A stretch of DNA of 62,921 nt, counting the filler, from Reticulomyxa filosa (Eukaryota; Protista; Foraminifera), in assembly GCA_000512085.1 (NCBI GenBank). It is 21 parts of 21 records of this genome, joined end to end, with 100 filler letters (N's around TTAATTAATTAA, not from the genome) between each part and the next. Parts side by side here need not be neighbours in the genome. Positions count along the whole stretch, not along the records: positions 35,306 to 38,731 come from ASPP01000168.1; positions 38,832 to 41,102 come from ASPP01019560.1; positions 41,203 to 47,884 come from ASPP01023443.1; 18 more parts are not named here. The stretch is one strand, 5' to 3'. The notes beneath the pieces were generated by a model that saw only the letters and a program-made list of their open reading frames with translations, ran no database searches and was not told the DNA's origin. How positions within the stretch are numbered: the first letter of the stretch is position 1; every line of letters begins with the position of its first letter. The position numbers and the translations under genes are program-made. Shown here piece after piece: positions 37,109 to 47,884 of this stretch.

Positions 37109-38690
37109 GTATCATTGTTTCTCTCTTGCTCTTTTGTAAGTCGATATCGATCAATGCAATTAACAATCATTTCTTTCAATTTCAGTAAGCAACATCCTTT
37201 TTCCAAAGGCTCGTGACAGGATCTCATTTTCCATAATCTATAAAACGAATGAAAGAAACATAAACAGATGAGATATGATTTTAGAAACTTGTATATATAT
37301 ATATATATATATTTGACTCAACTGATCAAAGCACGATTGCATTGCCGGCAAAGCAGAAGGCCTTTTGATTTGGTTGGAGGGTTTTGGAACAAGTCGTTGG
37401 TTTGTGTGAACAAGGGCCTTTGTTGTTGTTATTGTTGTGGTGGAGGGAGGGAATATGATTGGAGGAGCGGGCGAACTGGGTTGCGACAGTGACTTAAACG
37501 AACTCTTGTTACGTTCACTGACTCCTGACAACGACGAAAGAAGGAAATGGCTGTTGTTATCACTTTCGATTGTTGGATCTTGCAAATATGCAGAAGAGAT
37601 TAGCTGGCCATCAATTTGTCCAGTGTTCATACTTGTTCCACTCACTATTGTCCCTTATTATTATTATTATTTAAAAAAAAAAAACAAATACTTTTAGTTA
37701 AAAATCAACTATTTGTTTTTCAACACATACATACCAGTGGTACAGCCATCGGAAATGCTTTCAATCTCATCAAAAATGAGAATGTCATCACCGACATTCT
37801 TTATGTTGGGCAATAGCTCATTGGAGAATAAGTCAGTACGATGATTGGTGTGTTTTTGTCATCGAATGCGGATGGTTGACGGTGATCTTCGTGAGCAGAG
37901 TCAATGGTAATGAGATTGCTGACGTCATTCCAATTGACAGGTCCTTGCGTAATTGCTCCTGCCGCGATGCTGCCGACACTGCTGTTGTTGTCACTGCTTT
38001 TTCGACTCCAGCGCGAGTCGTTGCCATTTAGTGTTGCAGTTGTTTGGTTGGAAGAAGGTCTTTCATTCCGCATTGCTATTGACAAGTCATAACAACATAT
38101 TCACATATTTTAAAAAGAAGAGGAATAGAAAATATACATCACAAAACAATTGGTATCGTAGCCAATCATGTCTTCTCTTTGATATTCGTCATTGGCTAGG
38201 TTGATCTTGTCATACCATAAGGCGTAGCCCTCCTCATTTTCCGAAAGGTACTGTTGCAGCGATTGCAGCGGCTGACTTTCGTCTTTATCGACTTGAAGAT
38301 AGAGGTTGTCAATGCCATAATCCTTGATCTTGGACCCAGCGTATTGCTTCATGCGTTGAAACAGCTGCTTGTCTTGGTCACGATGGAGTTGTTGGAACAA
38401 TGAAAAGATCGCAGTGTACAAAGGGTTCGAAAATACGTTTTGGCAAACGTACTTTTTGATACACCGATCAAGCGACTTGACCCGATCGTCTTGACGTTTT
38501 CGAATCTTTGCTCTGGAGTCGGTTTCGTGTAAGTCATGGCTATCCCTCGGCTCTTTCAACGGAGATTTTTGGAGGCTGGCAGGGACAAGCTTCAGTCGAA
38601 GCATTCTTTGTGAGTGCTGCAAAAATGACTTCAAGTCTTGCACGCATAAGTCGATGATGCCGACAAGTGGCTCTTTTTGGAAAAGTTCAG
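36334..38690 (-). CDS. VPS9-domain Rab5-family GEF (3' part, multi-exon)
   Basis: HEPLEKGCCLLKLKEMI, GADDMIPFFAYCLVKSQLPSVFAEIAFVDAFL (catalytic GADD), EMG..YTYQGGLE. Helical-bundle region LYTAIFSLF....DQDKQL upstream. Confidence 0.85.
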
Positions 38691-38695
38691 TGTTT

Positions 38696-38731
<36 letters not shown>

Positions 38732-38922
38732 NNNNNNNNNNNNNNNNNNNNNNNNNNNNNNNNNNNNNNNNNNNNTTAATTAATTAANNNNNNNNNNNNN
38801 NNNNNNNNNNNNNNNNNNNNNNNNNNNNNNNTTTTTTTTTTTTTTGAGACTTTATTGCAATCAGTTGTTAGAGATACAAAGGTGACATAAGTTTGCAAAA
38901 AAAAAACACACACAATTGAAAT

Positions 38923-40198
38923 ATGTCCGAATTGAAAAATTTGCCTCACAGAGTTTGGGACTGGGACAAAGACGGGTCTCACAATTTCATTGGCGAAACG
39001 CAGGCCAACTTGAACTTTTTACAATCAAACTTCCGCGCGGAATTGGAAAACACCAACAAAAAAGTCAAGAAAATAGGCATTTTGAAAGTAGTCGAACTCA
39101 AGTCCACCCTGTCGTACTCCTTGCTTGATTACATGATCGGAGGCTTAGACATGTCACTGATGGTCGCCATCGATTTCACCGGGTCCAATGGACACCCAGC
39201 CAATCCGCAAAGTCTGCACTATTTGATCGTCTCAAGGCTCACAGTATCAACAAGTCATTCGAACCATTGGCAACATTTTGTCCTGTTATGACTCGGATCA
39301 AAGTTTCCTGTTTGGGGATTCGTTGAGCTCACACAATGTTTTTATTATCAATTCTTCTTCTTCTTCTATTATATTATTATTTAAAAAAAAAAAGACAAAA
39401 TTATGGAAACCCCTGACAAAAATCAAAAATCAAAAATTAAAAAAAAAAAAAAAGGGTGCAAAATTTTCAGATGGAAGCGTGTCACATGACTTTGCGTTAA
39501 ACGGGAACGAGGCCGATCCGGAGGTGAGTGGTATTCACGGCATTGAGGAAGTTTACATAAAAGCACTCAAATCAGTGCAGTTGTATGGCCCGACGTATTT
39601 CAATGCCATACTGCAGAAAGCCATTGCCATTGCGACGGCAGGCCATTCCAACGCGCAAAAAAAAATGCAATATTTTACCTTATTAATATTGACGGATGGT
39701 GTCATTAATGATTTCAAAGAAACTAAGGATTTGTTAGTTTTTTTTTTTTTTTTTAAACAAACCGTCTTTGCTTTTTTTCGAAAGAGGAGGGGATGTACAT
39801 ATGTATATGTATATTTAGACAAAAAAAAAAAAAACTTGTTGGTATTGTTTTTGTTATAAAATGTATGTCCACGCATCTTCTTCAGAATAGTCATGGCAGC
39901 AAACAAATATTTGCCGTTGTCGATAATAATCGTAGGCGTCGGATTAGCCGACTTTTCTCAAATGACAGCATTAGATGGTGACGATGGCGGTTTGCGCAAT
40001 TCCAAAGGGGTTCCTGCCAAACGCGATATTGTGCAATTTGTCTCGCTGCGTGAGTATTCACAGCCCATTACCAACGAGGCGGGCCAAGTCATTGGCTTTA
40101 CAAACACACGCTTCGCCGATTTATCCAAAGAAACGCTTCGAGAACTCCCAGAGCAATGTATAAGCTATGCCAAGTTCCATAAATTGCTACCGCCATAA
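38923..40198 (+). CDS. CPNE: Copine (C2B + VWA), 3' part
   Basis: VWDWDKDGSHNFIG, VAIDFTGSNG.P..P.SLHY, YDSD, GFGAK, LYGPT.F, YFTLLILTDGVI.D, LPLSIIIVGVG.ADFSQM..LDGD, RDIVQFV and L.ELPEQ. Apparent frameshifts near 39225 and 39300. Confidence 0.92.
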
Positions 40199-40257
40199 CG
40201 TACAGTCGCGGTAAGTGGTTGCATGCTTTTAATATGCATATGAAATACCCTCCCCCC

Positions 40258-40291
<34 letters not shown>

Positions 40292-41039
40292 TAACCATTT
40301 TATGATCATGAGTGGTGTTTATGTGAGTAGAGGCTCGTAGCCTTGGCGGTTCGTTGGAATGGTGATGTAATGACCGTGGTCGACTTGTGTCGTGGTCGTT
40401 TCCAGTGGCACTGTCTCTAGCGACGCCACGAGCACGTGAGTGTTCGTGAAAACCTTCGTTGGGATAGCTATCATGGGTGGAATTATTGTCCGAAGCAATG
40501 GAGGCGGAATGAGACGTTTTATTCGTCGATGTAGCAGATATGTAGCCATTTGTGACATCACTGTTGCGATGAAACATTACATGCAAACGTTCCAGTTCCA
40601 CAAACTCGTATTCTTCTTCTTCCTCTTCTCTTCCTCTTTTTCTTTTTCTTCGTTTTCCTCCTCCTTCTCTTCCTTCTCTTCCTTCTCTTCCTCCTCTTCC
40701 TCCTTCTATTACTACTAACTCTTCTTCTTCTTCTTCTTCTTCTGCTCTTCTTCTTCTTCTTCTTCTCCTCCTCTCTTCGTCATTGTCTTCTCCTTCCTCT
40801 TCCTCGCCTCCTTCCCAGCCACTGCTTTGGCCACAACTATCGTAACAATCCAAGTTTGGAGAAGGAGATATCAACGGTGGAAGTTCATTTACGTCTTTGG
40901 ACAGTGGGTGAGTCGACACGTTTGCGATTTTTTTCTTTGGCGTTGCGCTGTTGCTTCGACTACTACTTTCACTGCTTCTTCTCTCTTTGCCCATATTGCC
41001 ATTATCTCGTTTATGTAAGGTATGCTTGCACAGTTCCAC
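40292..41039 (-). CDS. Low-complexity Glu/Arg/Gly-rich hypothetical protein fragment
   Basis: Long open frame, but part of it is a purine-rich microsatellite (40612-40810). No domain recognised. Confidence 0.35.
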
Positions 41040-41266
41040 TTCACTGTCACTATTATTTTCATTGCCATTATTATTATTATTATTATTGTTATTATTATTA
41101 TTNNNNNNNNNNNNNNNNNNNNNNNNNNNNNNNNNNNNNNNNNNNNTTAATTAATTAANNNNNNNNNNNNNNNNNNNNNNNNNNNNNNNNNNNNNNNNNN
41201 NNCAAAATGTCGGAATTGGAAAGAAAGGAATGTTCGCTTTGATTTCGAAACAAGAAAAAGTTGCAA

Positions 41267-41974
41267 TCATTTCGATTGATCGGAATTTCGCCAATCGCCA
41301 TTGCCATTGCCACTGCTATTCGTGATCGAGGTGCCATTCACATAACAGCCTTGCATGATTGAATAGATCGTAAATCCTGCTTGCTCCTCAAAGTACGAAC
41401 ATTCCACCGTCACGTTCAAATGTGTCTCCACCAAGTCCAGGTTGCTGCATGTCGAGTCTGGCAGGTAGTATACGTCTCCGTGCACTGCGTTACACGAGTT
41501 GATGGCATACACTTTCTTATCTTTACTATCCGTCTCGCCTGTGTCGAAACATATCCCTGTTGCTGTCGACGTCTCGCTCACCAAGTTGTAACTATCACAC
41601 GACGATAAATACAACTGGATCGATAAATAGTTGTCCTCTCCGTCGCATTCGAATCCGTGGTTGCCTGCTTTGTTGTCCCCTTTTGTATACGTCACTGAAC
41701 TATCTGCCGTCCCCGAACAGTCTGCAACACTGTACTTGTTCTCCGTCACACTCTGTCCGTTCTCCGAACACACGTACTTTGACCAGTCCTGGTTCAGTGC
41801 CCCCTTCTGCACGCAACGGTCCAACGGGTACGGAAACGTTGCCGTTATTGTCGACGCCGAAAAATCACCCAAAAAATACCGTGTGTTTTGCTTCTTTGGA
41901 TAGCTCACGCTACACACACCCACTGAGGCAAGCAACGCCAAGCCATACAGCATTGGCAAATTATCCCAAAGCAT
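41267..41974 (-). CDS. Secreted or surface cysteine-rich protein
   Basis: Hydrophobic signal MLYGLALLASVGVCSV, then two similar Cys-spaced halves (PLDRC...KYVC...YSVADCSG; ATGIC...INSC...YLPDSTCS). Single exon. Confidence 0.7.
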   Translation of the reverse strand: MLWDNLPMLYGLALLASVGVCSVSYPKKQNTRYFLGDFSASTITATFPYPLDRCVQKGALNQDWSKYVCSENGQSVTENKYSVADCSGTADSSVTYTKGDNKAGNHGFECDGEDNYLSIQLYLSSCDSYNLVSETSTATGICFDTGETDSKDKKVYAINSCNAVHGDVYYLPDSTCSNLDLVETHLNVTVECSYFEEQAGFTIYSIMQGCYVNGTSITNSSGNGNGDWRNSDQSK

Positions 41975-42324
41975 GATGATGATGTAGAGTTTTTTTAAAA
42001 AAAGAAAAGGACCAAAAAAAAGATGAACCACCTTCTCAAGTTGCACAATAGCACTTCTTGACATAATTTTTTTTTGAGACTAATATGTGATTTTTTTTAT
42101 AGCAATATCAAATTTCTCAAAGTCAAAATGTTCCACCAACATATATAAATTTTTACGAAATGCAAGAAAAAAAAAAAGGGGGAACACCTCTCACGTTCTA
42201 GTCTTCTTTGAAAAAAATTTATTAATCAAGTTGCTCATTTTGCAAATTTAAAAAAAGAATTTTTTTGTTGAATGAAGATATTTTATGTGATAACAAAAAT
42301 TAAAAAAAAGACTAGGATTATTTG

Positions 42325-44061
42325 TCAAAAGTAATAAGTCGTGCCGGTTTGTGTTTGTGACAAAAGAGAAGAAATGGTAGAATGTCCGTCGATTAATTTC
42401 TGTCTAATACGTGCGCGATCATCAAGCGAGGGGACAGGGCCATATGCCCACCAGCCATTGAAAAAATCATTTCGGCTGATTTTCTCCAAGTTTTGTTTTT
42501 CGCGGAGAATGTATTCGGTCCACAAGTAAAGTACATCGTGGTCCATATCTCGATCGGACAAGTACAACTCACTATTGCATTCCACACACAACAAAAAAAA
42601 AAAAAAAAATAAAAATGTATACATATACATACATGTATATGTATAACCTCTTAAAGATAAGCAAAGACAAAACAATTAACTTCCAAATGGTCTTGGCATA
42701 GGCTTGATCATCCTTCTTAAAATCATCCGACGCATTATCCAGTGAAACCATCAAATGAAGCAAAGCTTTTTCACAATTTTGTTGCCATTGTGTTTTCTAT
42801 TTACATATATATATATATTATATATATATGTATATATAATATATATATATATATTATATATTATATAATATATATATATATATGTATATATATTATATAT
42901 ATGTATATATATAATATATATATTATATATATATATATACAAATACAAACCAATCCTTCAATATTTTTACGAAATCTGTTTGGCAATTGTTCGACCATCA
43001 TTTTGAACAAGCGAGAGGACAGCTTGGAGGACAAAGGGAGCCCCAAATCGACGCAGCGACACTTGACAAACCACAGATGGAGCCCAAGCAATTGCAATTC
43101 GACTCGAAATGTGTTTTCGAGATCAAAGACTTGCCAAAACTCTTTTCGCGCGCATCGCCTTTGCGCCTTCATAAACGAATAGAGCGTGCAGCGATGCAGG
43201 ACTTCGTGTTGGCTGTAATAACCCCAGGAGCGATACAGCCAGTTCCATTTCAGACGATGTCGATCGGGAGGTTCGCAGTCGGCGTCGAAGCCGTACACCC
43301 AGTCGTACACCTCCGGCGGGGAATGCCACACTTCGTAGGCGATATCAGGCGCACTGCCAGTTCGAAGCCATTTGATCGGCATTGTGGGTTTATAGATCGA
43401 GTCTAAAGGAGACCACGACTCTTTTTCTTTTTTTATTGTTTCGTTGGTTGTCTTTGCTCGGAGTCTTGGTTTGTCTTGCAATACATAATTTTGGATTAAT
43501 GACAACGACGATTTCGATATATCCAATGGCTTGCTGTTTGCATCATCATATCATATATCACATATGACATATTATATATGCATATATATATATATAAATA
43601 TATATGTCTATATGTATATAGGTATATGCATATGCATATATAAATGTTTTCTTTTTTTGCATGTACATAACTCAGATATTACTGAAAGTGACCGAAATCC
43701 ATGAATTTCTATGTGTCCATTGTCGTCTTTGATTATGTTGTCTTCTGTTGCTTGCTTCTTTGTCGTTGTGCTTTTTTTCGATGTTTCAATGTCCTTTTTT
43801 TTAAAATTAAATAAATCCATTTGGGGCCCCTTTTTTCTTCCAAAACAAAACAAAAAAATCATTCCAAACCTTTTCATGAACTCCAACCACGTCTTTGGAC
43901 TTTTGCTCTTTGGAAAGTGAATAGCTTCGGACCTGCTTGAGTTGATGTGCGAATCTCCACGACGCAAGTGTCCCGAACGGATGAACCGCAGAACCGTGAG
44001 TTTGATATAATCCAAGCTGTTTATGACAGTGTTTGCAAGTGGAATGAGATAATCTTTGCAT
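42325..44061 (-). CDS. UQCC1: Ubiquinol-cytochrome c reductase assembly chaperone Cbp3/UQCC1 (5 exons)
   Basis: EFWQVFDLENTFRVELQLLGLHLW, SLDNA, YAKTIW.ELY and LWTEYILREKQNL follow the Cbp3 pattern F......DTF..WF....LH.W...YD.....LA.A.WR.......L..YVR.Q...L. Mitochondrial presequence-like N-terminus ending VRSYS. Exons join in frame. Confidence 0.75.
42803..42940. repeat. Imperfect (AT)n microsatellite in a UQCC1 intron
   Basis: About 140 nt of nearly pure AT dinucleotide. Confidence 0.9.
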
Positions 44062-44511
44062 ATCAAATCCTATCGAGAGGCAGGGATGAGAAGGGCAAGG
44101 GGGTTGACGTAGAACAAAAGTTCAGCCGGACTCGAACCTACGTCCTTTGGTGAAACTAAGCGATTTTTCCAAGAGACCAATTCCCCTTTGAAAGTCTGTC
44201 TTTTTTGTATTGTCTTTAGTTGCTTCTGACTTACATTGCAAGTCAACAGACTGCTCAAATTTTGATGTCAATTTTGTTCTTAAAAAAATTTTGAAAAGAC
44301 TGCATGGACAGTGTACAAACGTTTCCCGGAATATCGACATTTATATTATAATAAACCAGCCAAAAAACAAAACAATAATTACATAAAGGGCACCCAAAAA
44401 GCCTTTTTTCACAAACAAAAAAATAAAAACACAATTATTCCGAAGAAAACAAAAAATGAATTAATTCACTTCCATTGATTGATATAAAATACAAAAATCG
44501 TTTACATTGAA

Positions 44512-46380
44512 TCAATAAACTGTTTGGTTGATATTTTTAATCTTTCTTTTTGCTTGTAATGTCTCTGCATTCCATTCACCATACAATAAATGGTAAACTT
44601 TCCATGATTTTTCATAATATTGATACGCCATTTTAATATCTCCTTTTTGTTCAAAAGATAATCCCAAATTCCAACATGATCCACCAATATCTTTATTTAA
44701 ATTTTGAAAAATGTTATTCCTAATATTTAAAGATTTTTGATAAAATGAAATAGATACATCATATTGTCCTTTATAATAATAAGCAATGCCTAAATTATGA
44801 TATATTTGAGCAACAATAGAGAATTGAATTCCAAAAAGAAGTAATAAAATATGTAAAGATTTTTTATAAAAATTGATAGCTTGGTCATATTGTCCTTTAT
44901 CATCATAAGCACTTCCAATTAAATTATAAGAAATGGCAATATAGGGATGACAATAAGGATTATTACTATTATTATTACTAGATCCAAATTTATCAATAGA
45001 TATTTGTAAATGTTGGTACAAATAAGAAATAGCATCATCAAATAATGTTTTTTCAATACATTCCTCTGCTTTTTCTTCAAAATTTTGAAGTTGTAATGGA
45101 ATATCATAGTGAAATTTTTGATTCCATTCAATAAGCATTATATTTTGTTTTGATTGTAAATCAATCATACAATTTTTTGTAAAAAATAACTGTGATGTAA
45201 CATTCACATTTTGCTTACATTCAATTTTACAATTTATTGCATATATATTTCCATCGATATTTATATTATCTAATATTATTAATTTCTTTTTTATTTTATA
45301 TACATAATATTCTCTGTATTCTCTTTTTTCTATTTTTGATGTATTTATTAATGTAATTAAGGAAGAGTATTCATTTTTATAATTTGAAATATTATTTGCA
45401 ACAATAACCAATCCTTCTTCATTTTTTTTAATCATTTCTTCAACCATTTGTGATGCATCTACATTTGCTTTTCTCCATTTTCTATTCCAATGTTTTTTAA
45501 AATTTAAAATTTTAATCTCATCGTTATTGCTGTTTATTGATATAGTGTTATCTTTATTTTCATCATTATTTATTTTTGGAATTAAATAAATTGGTTCAAT
45601 TGAGTTTATTTCTTGATTAAAAACAATATCAATCACTTGTTTGATGATAAAATCAAAACTTTTGTTAATATCCCTTTCAATAGTTTGACATAAAACTTGA
45701 GTAAAATAACTTGGTATTTTTTCATTGTCATGTTCTAAGATATCCACCATTGGTCCCAATGACGTATTTACAGACATCGTAAACATATCTTCATCTTGTT
45801 TATACCATACCTTCCTTTGGATTTTATCATAGCAAATATTTATTAATATCTTTGGTTTAACTGAGCATATATTTTGGATCTCTTTCATTTTATTTTCAGT
45901 TGTAATCAGTGCATCTCCATTTCCATTTCCACACCATACAAAAATCAATCCATCATAGTTATCACAATGTTTGGATATTACATCATTCAAAGTCAATGAT
46001 TCTGTCATCTCAAAAGTATTGAACACACGGAAACCAAATTTAGATTGAAAAAGCGTTTGTAATAAACAAAGATCTTGTTTTGCATTTTCCAAATATGATT
46101 CCATTGATCCTGTTAATAATACCAATGGATTTGTTATTTTCATCTCTTTTTTAAAATAGGCATTGAAGTGGAATTGATCATTTGCAACAATTTGTTGAAG
46201 TTGTTCGTCGGTTTTAATCTCACAACCATTATTGTCGGTTATTTTAATCAATACTTTTCCTTGTTGGTTCTTTTTCCTTACTTCAATTATTTGTTGTTGC
46301 AAAGTTTCAAGTGTTAAACAACTCAAATTAACAAGATAGTCTTTTGAATCAATGGTTACGACTACTCTTCCGGAGGACAT
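44512..46380 (-). CDS. PB1/ubiquitin-like domain + inactive caspase-like domain + unknown domain + about 4 TPR (622 aa, intronless)
   Basis: Colinear with 4063-7057: NPLVLLTGSM..YLENAKQDL.LLQTLFQSKFGFRVF, YDGLIFVWCGNG, KPKILINICY, SYFTQVLCQTI, KKHWNRKWRKANV, INIDGNIYAINC, and TPRs ending ..SWKV....GEWN..TL. The N-terminal ~80 aa has a beta-grasp-like pattern. Confidence 0.88.
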   Translation of the reverse strand: MSSGRVVVTIDSKDYLVNLSCLTLETLQQQIIEVRKKNQQGKVLIKITDNNGCEIKTDEQLQQIVANDQFHFNAYFKKEMKITNPLVLLTGSMESYLENAKQDLCLLQTLFQSKFGFRVFNTFEMTESLTLNDVISKHCDNYDGLIFVWCGNGNGDALITTENKMKEIQNICSVKPKILINICYDKIQRKVWYKQDEDMFTMSVNTSLGPMVDILEHDNEKIPSYFTQVLCQTIERDINKSFDFIIKQVIDIVFNQEINSIEPIYLIPKINNDENKDNTISINSNNDEIKILNFKKHWNRKWRKANVDASQMVEEMIKKNEEGLVIVANNISNYKNEYSSLITLINTSKIEKREYREYYVYKIKKKLIILDNINIDGNIYAINCKIECKQNVNVTSQLFFTKNCMIDLQSKQNIMLIEWNQKFHYDIPLQLQNFEEKAEECIEKTLFDDAISYLYQHLQISIDKFGSSNNNSNNPYCHPYIAISYNLIGSAYDDKGQYDQAINFYKKSLHILLLLFGIQFSIVAQIYHNLGIAYYYKGQYDVSISFYQKSLNIRNNIFQNLNKDIGGSCWNLGLSFEQKGDIKMAYQYYEKSWKVYHLLYGEWNAETLQAKRKIKNINQTVY

Positions 46381-47555
46381 TGAGACTTCAAGTTAGAAAA
46401 AGAAAGTATTTGGGAGTTTTTTTTTCTAAAACAGGGACAAAAAACAAGTGTGCGTTTTTTCGTTCCGATTTTCCATTTTTTTTTCTGTAAAATTGATTTA
46501 TTTTTAAAAAATTTTCAATGAAAGAAAAACTAATGAACATTTCTCATTGTAGAAACCTTTTGCAAATTAGTTTTGATTGTTCTAAAAAAAAACTCGAAGA
46601 ATGAAATATCTTTTAAACATGGAATTTGTATTCGAAATCTTATAAAACATTTTTTAATATTAAATTTATAATTCTACACATCGTGTAAATAGTTTGTGAG
46701 TGTCATAACAAAAAATTATATGGACAACAAAAAAAGTACCCTTTCGTTTTTGATCAACTTTCTTTTCATTTCATTTTTACATTTAAATTTACGAAATTTT
46801 GTTTAAAAAATCGAAGCCTTGATATTATTATTATATCACTCTTACCAACAAATTTAAAAAAAAGCATTAGTAACATCTCATGTTATCAATTTTAAGGAGA
46901 GGAATGAGTGGAAGAAATTAAATAAATGCAATGAATGTTGTTTTTCACAAACAGGAATTTTTAAAAATATTGCAAAAAGAAAAGAAGCCACTCTTTCTCT
47001 CCCCCGTTCATGTGCAACCATAGAAATCACAAAAGAAACCCAAGTCAAACCAAACCTAACCAAACAAAGAAAAAACAACGAAAAAAGCAAATCAAAACAA
47101 CAAAACATTTCTTTCTCAAAAGAAGAACATCCCAAAAAGAACGAGTTGTGTTCATGAAGGTGAAAATAATAACTACGATAATAATAATAAAGAGGAGGGG
47201 GGGGGTGCAAAGAATCAGAACAAACAAAATTGTAAAATTGGGAAAATGTCTTCTTTCTTTTGGTTGATGGATCAACATAATGTTTGTACAATTACAATTT
47301 CATTTGTGCGAAAAAAAAAAAATCATAAAAAGTTTGTTTTTGCACGTACACAAAAAAAAAAAAAAAAAAAAGGGCAAGAACAGAGAAGAAAAAACTCTGC
47401 CATGCAACATACACACAAAGCAAAAATACTTTCCAAAAAAAAAATTTTTATTGTTGTTGTTAGAATTCAAGGGAGAAGAGAAGAAAGGAGTGAAGGAAAG
47501 CTGTGAGAAAAAGAAAAGTTTTTCTTTATTTTTGCATTTGTTGTTATGGCTGTGA

Positions 47556-47844
47556 TTAAGAAGAAAACGCAGATTTGCCATACAAATTCCGGAAAGTATG
47601 TCGGATGACATCACAGACACTAAACACTCGGATTTGTTGATCACTGCCGGCGGTAAGGATCAGGCAAGTGTCGGATGCATTTTGCAGTGGTTGCAATTTG
47701 ACACAGTGGATGGGTTTGCCGTCATGAATCTGATTCATTTTGCCAATGGTAATGGCCATGGTAGCTTTGGTTGTGTCCAATAGACTGATATTCCTAGCCA
47801 ATGGGTTTTGAGTGGAATTTACTCCATTTGTATTGGCATTCTTT

Positions 47845-47884
<40 letters not shown>
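47556..47884 (-). CDS. C-terminal fragment with a WD40-like blade
   Basis: QIHDGKPIHCVKL...LILTAGSDQQIRVF; open from a poly-Asn run at the contig end. Confidence 0.55.

Noticed and set aside
36900-37220. Poly-His, poly-Ile, poly-Met and poly-Ser ORFs (also at 52700-53100 and 61700-62000)
   Set aside because: Shadow frames of trinucleotide repeats inside real genes on the other strand or frame.
44117-44186. tRNA-like sequence on the minus strand (TGGTCTCTTGG A-box-like, GGTTCGAGTCC B-box-like)
   Set aside because: Acceptor, anticodon and T stems do not pair properly. At best a relic or a coincidence in the UQCC1 5' region; tRNAscan-SE would settle it.
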